A stretch of 64,000 nt of DNA. Origin: Adineta vaga. Lineage: Eukaryota; Animalia; Rotifera. The DNA is taken from assembly GCA_021613535.1 (NCBI GenBank), contig CP075496.1, forward strand, positions 9,858,001 through 9,922,000, written 5' to 3'. Within the stretch, counting starts at the first letter, position 1. Every line of letters starts with the position of its first letter. The notes under the pieces were generated by a model that saw only the letters and a list, made by a program, of their open reading frames with translations, made no database searches and was not told where the DNA came from. Below are positions 10,963-22,917 of this stretch, one piece after another. The position numbers were made by a program, and so were the translations under genes.

Positions 10963-13736
10963 AATGAGTCATATCTACCTAGTTTTTTTCTTCTTTTCTT
11001 TCGAATTTCAAAACAAAATGCAATTACATTCTCATCTGTGTAGCTTCATTTTACCGTATTTGTCAACATATGCGACATAGAATGCTATGTGTTATAGACG
11101 CACGAACGAATATCTATTTACCAAAAACTCTCACTTCATTATCAGATGATTTCGATACAAATGATTATTATTATGATCATTCCAAAAATACACTCAACTG
11201 TAAACTATTGACCAAAAATCCATATCAAGCATACTTTAAACAACTCTATCCACTCACTATCAATGAACATCAACTCACTGATGATATGTTAACTGTTCTC
11301 AAATCTTATACCGACAGTCAAGCAAATGAATGTTATATGAAAACAAATCTCAATCTTCTTAGTGCAAATCTAAATGATATCGATTGGAACTATGTCAATA
11401 AACTTCGTTCATTGATACGAGGTTTGACTCAAACAAATCTAAAACATATGTACTATCGTGGTTTGACATTGAGTGATCGAGAGATCGAATATTATTTGGA
11501 GAGACGAAATGAATATTATTATACGAATTCATTTACCTCATTTACAATTGATCGTTTACTTGTTTATAGTGGTAATGCGATTATGATGTTAAGAACGGAT
11601 AGTTGCAGTGAAGAGGCAAAGATTAACTTGGCAAATATATGGAAGTGGAGTGCGTTTAGTGATGAAAAAGAAGCACTGTTAGCTGTGGGAACAAGGTTGA
11701 AAGTATTAAGTGTACATAATTTCGGTTGTAAATGGGAAATTGAAGTTGAACTTGCAGACGACGAAATAGGCTGAAAGTAAAGAAAGAAGAAGACTGATCA
11801 AATTTTAAGCTTTTTTTCGTTTATTTATAATTAATTTAAACAGGAATGTCAATGAAATATCTATTTATTTCCATGAAGAAACTCAGATGATCATGATCGA
11901 AATGGAAACGGTTTGATTTACAATCTAAAAGATTCTAGTATATGTGCCACTTTCTGGGATTCGAAATATGTTGTTGAAATTCACATGTTTGTGCTCAGCA
12001 CCGCTCGACACATCGTGATCAGATACTCAAAAAGTAGAGAAAATTTGTAGTTCTTTTAATCAGCAATGTCTCGCATTGTTCTTGCTACACACAAATATTG
12101 TCATCACGTCACAGCTTAAGAAAAAAGTTATGAACAATATTTAACATTACTTAAAACCTTTTCTTTTATTGTATATTGAAAAAAACTATTGAAAAAGTCA
12201 GCGAGGTGTTGTATCTTCAGGGAATACCTTCCTCAGACATCAACGGACAAGTACGAAAAAAAATTTAACTCTTTTCTTCTTTTCTATTCATTTACTGGTG
12301 GTAGGGTTGGTATTAACATTTGCTCACCTACTTGATTGCATTGTTCCTTTATGAATTTCTACCAAATCTCACGTTTTGCTTCATTATTTTACACTGTGTA
12401 TTCTCGGAATGAAAAAGAGTCAAGAACATCACAGTTATAAAATAAATTTGTGTGCTAACATTAAATATTGATAGATCAAATAGTTGTGTTATAAAACCGT
12501 GTATTTCTATGGGTTAATCGAGCTGTCTATATATAAGTAGTCATCTTTTTTTTTAATTTCATATAGTCATCACTTTTCATTATGAATATCTGTAGAGAAC
12601 AATTTAGAGATAGAAAATTTAAAACACATCTTGAAGATGAATATTTACATAATTCAACAATAATTATCAAAATTTTAGACACAACACATATCCTAAACAT
12701 TTCTCTATCTGTTTTAAAATGCTCTTTTGTTTCCATAAGAGAAACCAAACGTAAACGCAAACACCAGTTTCACATTGAAGTCTATTGCCTTCAACGAATT
12801 GCTTGTCTTTTTTCGAATTCTATGAGAACTGAAACAGATATTCCGCTACATAATTGTGACCATACAATATAAACAGTAATCATGAGAGATCGCTATTCAT
12901 TTCTTGGCACGATTTTCAAACAGCATTATGACTCATATCTACCTTGTTTTTTTCTTCTTTTCTTTCGAATTTCAAAACAAAATGCAATTACATTCTCATC
13001 TTTGTGACTACATTGTTTTTCTCTCTCACGTCATCCACGTACACAACAAAAAATGGAATGTGTTGTAGACGCACGAACGAATATCTATTTACCAAAAACT
13101 CTCACTTCATTATCAGATGATTTCGATACAAATGATTATTATTATGATCATTCCAAAAATACACTCAACTGTAAACTATTGACCAAAAATCCATATCAAG
13201 CATACTTTAAACAACTCTATCCACTCACTATCAATGAACATCAACTCACTGATGATATGTTAACTGTTCTCAAATCTTATACCGACAGCCAAGCAAACGA
13301 ATGTTATATGAAAACAAATCTCAATCTTCTTAGTACAAATCTAAATGATATTGATTGGAACTATGTCAATAAACTTCGTTCATTGATACGAGGTTTGACT
13401 CAAACAAATCTAAAACATATGTACTATCGTGGTTTGACATTGAGTGATCGAGAGATCGAATATTATTTGGAGAGACGAAATGAATATTATTATACGAATT
13501 CATTTACCTCATTTACAATTGATCGTTTACTTGTTTATAGTAGTAATGCGATTATGATGTTAAGAACGGATAGTTGTAGTGAAAAGGCAAAGATTAACTT
13601 GGCAAATATATGGAAGTGGAGCACGTTTAGTGATGAAAAAGAAGCACTGTTAGCTGTGGGAACAAGGTTGAAAGTATTAAGTGTACATAATTTCGGTTGT
13701 AAATGGGAAATTGAAGTCGAACTTGCAGACGATGAA
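10963..13736 (+). repeat. Direct duplication of the ART gene plus an upstream block of about 75 bp
   Basis: About 10963..11037 matches about 12928..13001 (catatctacct...caaaatgcaattacattctcatct); coding about 11096..11765 matches about 13066..13736. Confidence 0.85.
11082..11774 (+). CDS. Mono-ADP-ribosyltransferase, R-S-E (ARTC/toxin-like) class, copy 1
   Basis: YTDSQ..Y..TN..L helix, YYRGL (catalytic R), FTSFT (S-T-S position), SDEKEALL (E-x-E); no evident signal peptide. The start could be ATG 11070. Confidence 0.8.
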   Translation: MLCVIDARTNIYLPKTLTSLSDDFDTNDYYYDHSKNTLNCKLLTKNPYQAYFKQLYPLTINEHQLTDDMLTVLKSYTDSQANECYMKTNLNLLSANLNDIDWNYVNKLRSLIRGLTQTNLKHMYYRGLTLSDREIEYYLERRNEYYYTNSFTSFTIDRLLVYSGNAIMMLRTDSCSEEAKINLANIWKWSAFSDEKEALLAVGTRLKVLSVHNFGCKWEIEVELADDEIG

Positions 13737-13769
13737 GAGAGAAATTCAGTTTTAATGATAGTTCAATAG
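13053..13769 (+). CDS. Mono-ADP-ribosyltransferase, R-S-E class, copy 2
   Basis: Near-identical to copy 1 from DARTN to ELADDE, with the same catalytic motifs. Confidence 0.8.
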   Translation: MECVVDARTNIYLPKTLTSLSDDFDTNDYYYDHSKNTLNCKLLTKNPYQAYFKQLYPLTINEHQLTDDMLTVLKSYTDSQANECYMKTNLNLLSTNLNDIDWNYVNKLRSLIRGLTQTNLKHMYYRGLTLSDREIEYYLERRNEYYYTNSFTSFTIDRLLVYSSNAIMMLRTDSCSEKAKINLANIWKWSTFSDEKEALLAVGTRLKVLSVHNFGCKWEIEVELADDEERNSVLMIVQ

Positions 13770-14246
13770 TGGATGGTTTATCCATATATGAAGGATGTAT
13801 AAAATCTTTAATCGAGAAAATGAAGGCACATCGTTTTTTTTTATGGAATAAAAGGACGTATGAAAATGACTGGGACTTCAGAAGTTTGATGATCATTGTG
13901 AACGAATTCTATCATGAATCAGTATTAATGGTATCAAAGCTGTTTATACAGTATATCAATTGAATCACTTTATTCTGTTATACTCAACGCCATAAACGTG
14001 AACTGTCAATTTCTGTGCGATATTTTGCCCAGAAACGATATAACCTTGTACTTGAAGAAAAATCAAGCTGTTACATATACCTTTCACTAAGAAGAGAACG
14101 TAGTTTCTGTCTCATATACGTGCTCTTCAAGTCAGAGTATACAATGATATAAAGAAAAAGAACCGGAGAGAAAAAAAGACAACTTATAAAGGTGCACATG
14201 TGCTTTGCAACATATTATCGTTGTTCATATCTATTTGTCTATAGTT

Positions 14247-16260
14247 ATGGTAGAAGTTATTACTAACTACAAGGATAATTTTAGTTATTCTCTTCTAACT
14301 ATAATTGATCAAGGTGATATTAAAGCATTGGAAATATATTTATCAACAATAAAGAATGCTGATGCTTATTTCAATCAAGTCTATGATAGACCAAGCAAAC
14401 AAAAATGTACGCCATTGATGATTGCGTGTTTAAACAAATATGAAGATATGATACAAATCATACTTGATTATTTTAAAATCAATCTTGAAATCTTAAATGA
14501 TATCGAACTGATGGAGAATGATCAAGATGCATGGACATTTCAAAATGTTACCGTTCTATGGGCAGCAGCAGCAATTAATAATCTACAAATTGTTAAATTA
14601 CTTATTGAAAATGGAGCAAAAATTAATCATACGACAGCAACAAATTCAACAGCATTACGTTGTGCTTGTTGCAATGGTAATCTTGAAATGGTTCGTTATT
14701 TAATTGATCATGGTGCTGATACACATATTACTAAAATTCATAATGAAACAAATCTTATAGCAAGTGTATTCAATGATGATTTACACATAACAACTTATTT
14801 GGTAGATAAATTAGGTTACGATGTGAATGAATGTACTGATGATGGACGTTCGCCGCTTTATGTTGCAGTAGATCGTGAATCATTGAAACAGGTACTATTT
14901 CTACTTAATCATGGTGCACGTAACTTTCAAACAATCAATGGTCATTTAACACCAATAATGCTAGCAGCTGACAAGCGACTTATTGATTTTGTCAATGTAA
15001 TCTCTCCTTATTGTTCCTTAGTGGAACAAATCGAAGCAGACGAAATTCTTGGTAGCTCATTTGCTTGTGGTGAACAAGGAAGTATTAACCTTGAAAAATG
15101 TCTTCAATATTTCTATCAAGCAATGGAACGTCGAATAAAATATCATCTTCCGAAAACAATCAAATCATCAACTATTGACGTTTTTAATCATCGACAAGAA
15201 TGTCAAACAATGGATGAATTAAATAATTTACGTTCAGATCAGAATAATATTTATATTGAAGCATTACTCGTACGTGAACGTTTACTTGGATCAACAAATA
15301 TAAAATATCATCATTCGCTTCGATATCGTGGTGCTGCACTAGCTGATAATGCACAACATCATAATGGAGTAATGTTATGGTTGTACGAACTGGAACTACG
15401 TCGACAACATTCAATGCCAATGGATCTTGATGATCTACGACAATGGGCATCGATTTTTTGTGATATGATATTTGTATCTACAACAATATCGATTTTAGCT
15501 TGGCAAACAGTTATTACTATAATTGTGGAAGAATTAGAATGTAAAACAACTGATTTTGATTTCCATCTACAAACTTTACTCTTCTTAATAACAATTGCTA
15601 GTCGAGTAAAACGATATTTGATCAAATTTTTTTCTTCTTCATTATTAAATTTCTACATATTTAGATTTTATCTAAATCAACACTTCCTGCTACTGGTCAG
15701 AAAGTATTCTATCGACAAATTCATTCTATCATTCAACGGCAATACGTCACTCGAACTAGTGGATCTAGTCTATTACATATGAGTTTAGATATTCATTCAT
15801 CGGCAAATGATTATTTCATTGATCGTATTTGCACGTAAGACTTCTATACGAATTTATCTACGTGTTAGCAACAAGAAAATATTTTCATTTCTTTCTCTCT
15901 CTCTCTCTCTCTAGATATCCATGTTTTCATACAGCACAATTACTTTTACGATGTAGTGCAGATGTGAACGCGATCAATGCTGTCCGAGATACTCCTCTCC
16001 ATGTATTTGTTTCTAATGCAAGTGCACTTGATAAAACGATTATTGAACTTCTCTATACTGCTGGGGCACATATGGATTGCGTCAATGCTTTAGGAGAAAC
16101 AGCAATGGATATTGTATTAAATTCGAATATAAAGGAACTACTCCAAACGAAAGTGAAATTTAATTTAAAATGTTTATGCGCAAGATTAATACAGAAGAAT
16201 AAGATTCCATTCCATGATAAAATTCACATATCTCTAATTAAATTTGTCGAAAAACATTGA
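14247..16260 (+). CDS. fem-1: Fem-1-like ankyrin-repeat protein (CUL2 substrate receptor family), 3 exons
   Basis: Ankyrin repeats with LWAAAA and STALRCAC; Fem-1-like central motif EALLVRERLLG...LRYRGAALAD; C-terminal ankyrins and LKCLCAR (BC/VHL-box-like). Introns 15606..15664 and 15835..15914. Confidence 0.8.
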
Positions 16261-16553
16261 TTATTTATTCAGAAAAAAATTGTGTCTTTCGTTTTATTGC
16301 TACTGTATTTTGAAGAGTAAATATGATTTATCATTGAATTTTATTGAAATAACTATAAAACGTTAAAATGCCTAGTTGTTCGATTGTTATCACATCGTAT
16401 TTTTTATAATTTTAACTCTTATCTTATTTTGTATATGACAATATCTGGTATCCTATAATTTATTGTGTTCATATACCATCATTTTCGATTTTGTTGCTAT
16501 CTATAGAGATGTTTATCATCAAACAAGTAATGAATAGATTTCGTTATTTTTCA

Positions 16554-18326
16554 TGATATATATTTTTCTGCTATAATTCACACTAATAGATTTTTGTGGT
16601 CTTAATCTTTTTAAGTGCTGGTTATCTTGAGATAGCTGCACATGTAAAGACTATTAAAAATAAGCAAAATGGTAATACTGTATCACCCGAGATTGGTCAA
16701 CATTTGGGCAACGATCAATTGCTCTTAGCAATACTCAATCTTTAACTAGTGCTTTATCAGTTCACTTGAGGTTTTCATTCAATGGTCAGTCAACTACGAC
16801 ACCTGGTTTTAGAAATGGTGGTTTCTATGTTATGTATATGTAGCATAGGTAGTAAACTAAACGTTGATTTTAGTGATGCGACTGGACAAATCATTTATGG
16901 TATAATCTCGATAGATGTACTCAAAGTGCCTGTTAATAATTGGTTCTATTTTACTTTTATTATTATACGGTCTTCAATGCGGCTCCGACTACCAAAAATC
17001 TTTTCTTTATTGAATTTTCATCAGGTAGTCGAGGCAGTTTTGAATTTAATTTAATATCTTGTTTTCCATCCACATATAAAAATCGACCGAATGGTGCTCG
17101 AATAGATATTGCACAAGCATTTGCTAATGTAAAACTTGGTTATGTTCGACTTCCTGATGGCAATGATCTTGAAAGTCCAACAATATTGGAACGTTTCATT
17201 TAAAATAATACATATGGATTGATTGAATTATTAACTTTTACGGAAGATATTGGTGCAATACCCGTTCTAGCAGTTTATGCTGGATATTCACTTAATGGTA
17301 AAGCCGTGCCTCAAGATCAATTGCAACCCTATATCAATGAAGTCATCAAAGAATTAGATTTTCTAACTGCATCTTCAGAAAATAATAGAATGGGTGCGCT
17401 ACGTAAACGTTTAGGTCGAAGACAACCATTCGAAATCCGATACATTGACATTTGTAATGAAGATTAGCTTGGTCCTATTCCAAAAACATATGGTTATCAA
17501 TGGTCAGCCTTTTACAATGCTCTTTCTCAACGATATCCGAATATCACATTTATTGCAACAACTACGCGTTATTAACTCTCCACCAACTGTCGATGATCAT
17601 GATTATCAAGTACCTTTATATTTTATAGAGAATTTTCGTCGTTATGAAAAGGTATCTCAATCTGGTCCAAAAGTACTCGTTGGAGAATTTGCAGTAATCA
17701 ATGATGATGATTCAAAAATTACTAATCCATTTGGACCTGGTCGATTGAGTTTTCCTTCAACTAAATCTGCTATTGCTGAATCTATTTATCGTATTGGTTT
17801 GAACGTAGTTCTGTTACTATTATTGGTGGATGTTATGCTCCTGTTCTTCAAACTATTGATAATACTCAATGAACACCAAATTTAATTATTTGTAATGCTG
17901 GCCTAGTGATAAAATCCACCTGATGTCTAGCTCAGAAAATGTTCGGTGAAAATCTTGGAAATCCTGTTCTACATTCTACAGCTACTAAGTAATAGTACCA
18001 TGACACATTCATTCATTCATTCAGAAAGGACAAGAAGGTGATGGTAAACTTGGAAATCTCTATTTTATTGCTACGAAACGTACTAATGATAATACACTGA
18101 TTGTTAAGTTTTCTAATGTAGATCACAGCGATATTCTTGTCAAAGCTCAAATTCAAGGTTCAATGGCATCAGCAACAGGTGTTGCTCACATTTTAACTGC
18201 AGTTCCAGGAATTGATTCTGCGACAGGACATAATACAATGGTCAATCCAAATGCAGCAGCGATTGTTACAATACCTGTTGTTGCCATTCTTAAAGGCATG
18301 AACGATATTTCTTTTGTTTGCTAATA
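16554..18326 (+). pseudogene. Alpha-L-arabinofuranosidase (GH51) pseudogene
   Basis: SCFPSTYKNRPNGARIDIA...VRLPDGNDLE, PVLAVYAGYSL, FEIRYIDICNED, DDHDY, VLVGEFAV, SAIAES; many stops and frameshifts. Boundaries approximate. Confidence 0.8.
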
Positions 18327-18598
18327 TTAAATTTTATCTTAAAAAACTCGTGTTTTTAAGTAAAACACGATTTTCTACAGACTCATTTGTTCATTAACTT
18401 AACCTATATTGTTGAATAAAACTGAAAGTGTGTTTTTAAAAAAGATCAATTACAAAATAACAGCAGATAACAAACAAATCTAAGAGAAATAAGACAACAA
18501 CTTTGTTCTAACAATCATTTATCTTTACAAAAGTATAAATTATAAGCAAGAATGAATAGCCAAATTAAATTTGAATTTGAATCAAATTGCTCTAGTAT

Positions 18599-20340
18599 TT
18601 ATTGAGATAATCTATTCAATATTAACTGAAGTGTGTCTTGAATATTCGTCATTTTCTGTTCCATACTAGCAAGTTTTTCTTCCACTTTCTCAACATTCAA
18701 TTTTGTTGTTACTAATGTATCAGTATTATCTCGAATTTTAATACTCAATTGTCGTTGCATAGTAATCAATTCAGGTAGACCAACACAAACATCAATCAAT
18801 CGTTTTTGTTCTTGTTTCAATTGTTTACCAAGAAGTATTGCTCGAAATAAGTTTCGTTGTGCTGATATATAACGCGGTGTATGCGTTCGATTTCGACGTT
18901 TTAAAATCCAAATTAACAGAGAATATTTAATTATATTCGCTGATTGATTTTTTCGTTCTTTAGTCAATTCCATATTTACTACGAAATTATGTACATATTT
19001 TTCTGATCGACTAAATTCTAATTTTTGTGCAAGAACAGATATCAAAAGTGCTGTTGATATTACACCAATCAATGCTGTTATTGCTGCAACACCTAAATAA
19101 ATAGTTCAAAAATTAATCATGAACATAACTTGATTAGTATTCATAATCTAACCTCTTCCACAATATGTTGTTGGTGTTAAATCTCCATAACCTAGTAATC
19201 ACTTGAATAGATAAGATTTACAATATTTCAATATTTAACTAACCTACAGTAGTAAATGTAACGATAAATAACCACATAGAATCAAGCATAGTTCTATAAT
19301 CTGTTGTTGATTGATAACTACATACACGTAATGACCAACTTCCAATAAGAAAGAGAAGTATACAAAATAAGGATAAACAACGTGTTGGCCATAGAGATAG
19401 GTATGTTTTTATGAGAAAAAGAAAATTGACTGATACTTCATTAAGAGAACCTAGGGATTGTGAAACTGCATCACGAACCAAATGAGAATGAAATATAATA
19501 AAACGACCAATTAAATACAAACGAGCAAACACTATTTCAATATAAATATATGAATAAAAATTTCATTTTTATATGTAAAAATTGATCATACATACTTGGT
19601 AGACCAAGTGCTATATTTAAAGAAGTGTAAATTGGTGGTATAGAATCAATGGTGGTACTATTAACATTGATATATGAAGAATTCGATACAAGAACAAGTT
19701 CAATAGGCACGGGATGTATAATACAAATAAATGCTTCGAGAAGAATTAAAAATACTTTTCCACTTGTTAATCCGACTCTCCAATTATCAATCGAATTATT
19801 TACAGCATATAAAGTTATATCTAATTTATGATAATAAAAAACTAAACAAACAAGAAGAATAGTTGTAATACTAATTATTAATTTAAGAAACCAAGAAAAG
19901 TATAAAGTATTTCCATGTCGATTCAGGAAGACAATTTCATTTTCGATAATCATGAGAAATACACCCGATATACCAAAAAAACACATCATATTACTGACAA
20001 CGGAACTATAATAAAAAGATAAATAAGATAAAATAATGACTAATACTTCTCACAGTTGACTATAAAGTAATTTTCGTTTGAGAAGTCGACGACTAATACT
20101 AATCATTGAAATATCGGTTGGACATTTTCTTTTTGAATCTAACAATAATTTCTGTTCATTTTCATGCATTCTCGTATTTGATGTTGTTGAAGATACATTA
20201 GATATGTAAATACTTGTTGATGATGGAGATGATATTCCATCATATTGAATTGTACACATGGAATCAGTTTGACAAAAACTTAATGATGGTGAACATTTGT
20301 TATCTGAGAATGACATCTTGGATATTTTACCAGAATTCAT
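18599..20340 (-). CDS. KCNN: Small-conductance calcium-activated potassium channel (SK family), multi-exon
   Basis: GVFLMIIENE, IIHPVP, MFARLYL; pore TFTTVG|YGDLTPTTYCGRG split by an intron; calmodulin-binding region SRSEKYVHNF and a C-terminal coiled coil. Start codon uncertain. Confidence 0.85.
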
Positions 20341-21406
20341 GTAACTGTAATCAGACAGAGAACAAAAGTTTAGTAGAAAATTAAATGTAGATAAGTCAAT
20401 CATTCTGTCTTATAATAGAGAATATCTACTCATTGCTTATTTTTATATCCAGAATTCAAATGAAAATGTTTACTCTTGATAAGAAATTCGATTTTGAACT
20501 TACGATATCAATAAATAGCATGATCGGCATGTGGACCATTGATTTATCTCTACAGAAAAAAAGAAAATAATCCGATGAATACAACTCACATGTGAATAAA
20601 AAAGACAAAGAACATCATCGATATGTGATAGAAAAGAAAAAAAAGGATTGACACCTTAGTAGTAAGTCATGCATGAAGGCCTATACAATTTGTTGGTAAT
20701 TAAACGGTTACAGATACAAATCAAACGACTAATGGCGAATTGCAACGTTCCTATGAATTCCATTGCGAATTAAACAATGTCTTAGCTGATTAATTCAAAT
20801 GAATTACAACTAGTTTTCTTATATCGATATTTATTTAACATAAAACAAGTTTCCAATAACGGAATAGTAGCGATTTATCTTTCATTCGAAAAATGTCAAA
20901 TCCAATTAAACTAGACCATATAAAAATATTTACGAAAGAGTTCACCAATAATAAATCGTTAATTATAATCAAATACTTTTGTTTAAGTATGTTTCTCAAT
21001 GAGAAAGAAAAGTTTTTTTCAACGTTCTGTCTTTTGAATTGCTTGTAAGGTAAATACTATTTTCATTTCGATCATACTTATATACACGTAGAAAACAATC
21101 ATTTATAATAAAATAACATATAGTTAAGTATACAATTTTTATTCCTTACAAACGTAACAAGAAGTTAAAACTGCTTTCATAATATATGATAGATATTATT
21201 GATCTATCTTCTTTGTAGAATGAATGATTTAAGTTAGAATTCTAACTAATCTTTGTTTTTCAATATCAAATAAGACAACGTTCTATTATCAAAGCAAATA
21301 ACGCACGAAATTTTATAACACCATCTTATCTTATCTTTACCTCTCTGAATTTAAAAGACAAAATTTTTCGAACACGTGTTTTAATAAAATTATTTTCAAA
21401 TTTATC

Positions 21407-22291
21407 ATGCAGTATTTACTCTTCGTGTGTCTAATTAATTTTATTTCATCTATAGTATCATTTCGATTTGGAACATATAATATTCAATCAGGTAGTAATT
21501 TTGAACAGGTGTATATAATCTAACAGCAACTGCTGAAACAATCAAACAACTTGATTTTGATTTTCTTGCTTTACAAGAAGTTGATAATATGACAACACGT
21601 CATCCAGTTGATCAAACAACATATATTGCTCAGTACAATGATAAACAACCTTTTCAATCGTATCATTTCGAAAAAAATGAGAGATTTTCAAAATGGTGGT
21701 TATAGTATATCAATACTATCGAAAGAATCATCAATCAAACGTGCTTTAACATATCATTATAATAATACAACAGCTGAACAATTTGTAGTACAAAAAGAAG
21801 GAGATTATTGTCAAGGTTTTACTCTATTGAAAACCCCATTTCAATTACAAGATAGTACTGAACTATCAATCTATTTTGGAACAACACATTTAGGAATTGG
21901 TTTAAATGGTTTACAGCAATTAACTGAAGCTAAACAGATAGTTCAATGGATGAAAGAAAATATAATTCATGTTAGTCAAAATCCATATATTATTTTAATG
22001 ACAGGCGATTTTAATACAATTCCAACAGATGATTCGATAAAGAATGTGATGCTTTCATTATTTACTGATCTTTGGACTGCAGATGATATTTGTCAAAAAA
22101 TAATCGATCCGTCGAATGTAAATGGATATACATTTGATGCAGTAAATCCAATGAAACGAACCGATTATTTCTTTTATTTAAAGAGCGAAGATTTTCCTAA
22201 TCAAATCAAAGTTAATTGTGAAATGCAAGTTGTTTCGACATTATCATCAGATCATCGGCCAGTTATATTAAAATTTGATCTTTCTGAATAG
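21407..22291 (+). CDS. Secreted endonuclease/exonuclease/phosphatase (EEP) family protein with two frameshifts
   Basis: Signal-like MQYLLFVCLINFISSIVS; TYNI, LALQEVD, TTHL, TGDFN, RTDY and SDHRPV motifs; +2 indel near 21513 and +1 near 21673. Confidence 0.75.
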
Positions 22292-22917
22292 AGATAAACA
22301 ATTCTTTTTTTTTCCTTTCATATCGGAATAATAAACGACTTCAATGGTCAGAAGAAAAGACAAAAATAAATGGCACACTTACCATCGATTCACGGAAAAG
22401 ATTCTAATACAACAAAAACACATTTTTTAACGAAGGAAGAAAAAGAAAAATGAAACGAGAGAAAAAATAAATCGTGAGAGTATGCGACACAAAGTTTTTC
22501 TTTCCAACCAATCTGTTTATTTGAAACGATGTATAGGCATTGTAAAAATCTTGTATTTGAGTTTCTTCCGAACAAAAATTCGATATCGTTTCTAACATTT
22601 TAGATCAAGATCAAATAGATTTTTCGGCTTCGGCAGTTCGTGAAGATAAAATCAATATATTCTTACTTTTATAATTTGGTCGACGAGAAAAACCCAGTAA
22701 ATTCCAACTTATTCCGTTTTCAATTGTGTTATAGTACAAACAAAATTTTTTTCTCTCATTTGAAGGATCACTTAAAAATTGTCTGTGAAATATAATTTTT
22801 AAGGAAAACGAAATATTCCAAGAAACGCATATAATAACAAACAAGAATAAACTACTATTTCATAATCATTTCTGTTAAATCATACTGTACCGATAGAAAT
22901 TCTATTCTTTGTTACAG

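Noticed and set aside
18346-18374. Small hairpin (tcgtgtttt...aaaacacga) between the convergent GH51 and SK genes as a terminator or Helitron end
   Set aside because: A short AT-rich stem in a eukaryotic context with no supporting element features.
21660-21690. Programmed ribosomal frameshift at the A7 run
   Set aside because: A second upstream indel with a stop would also need recoding, and similar indels are scattered across unrelated genes.
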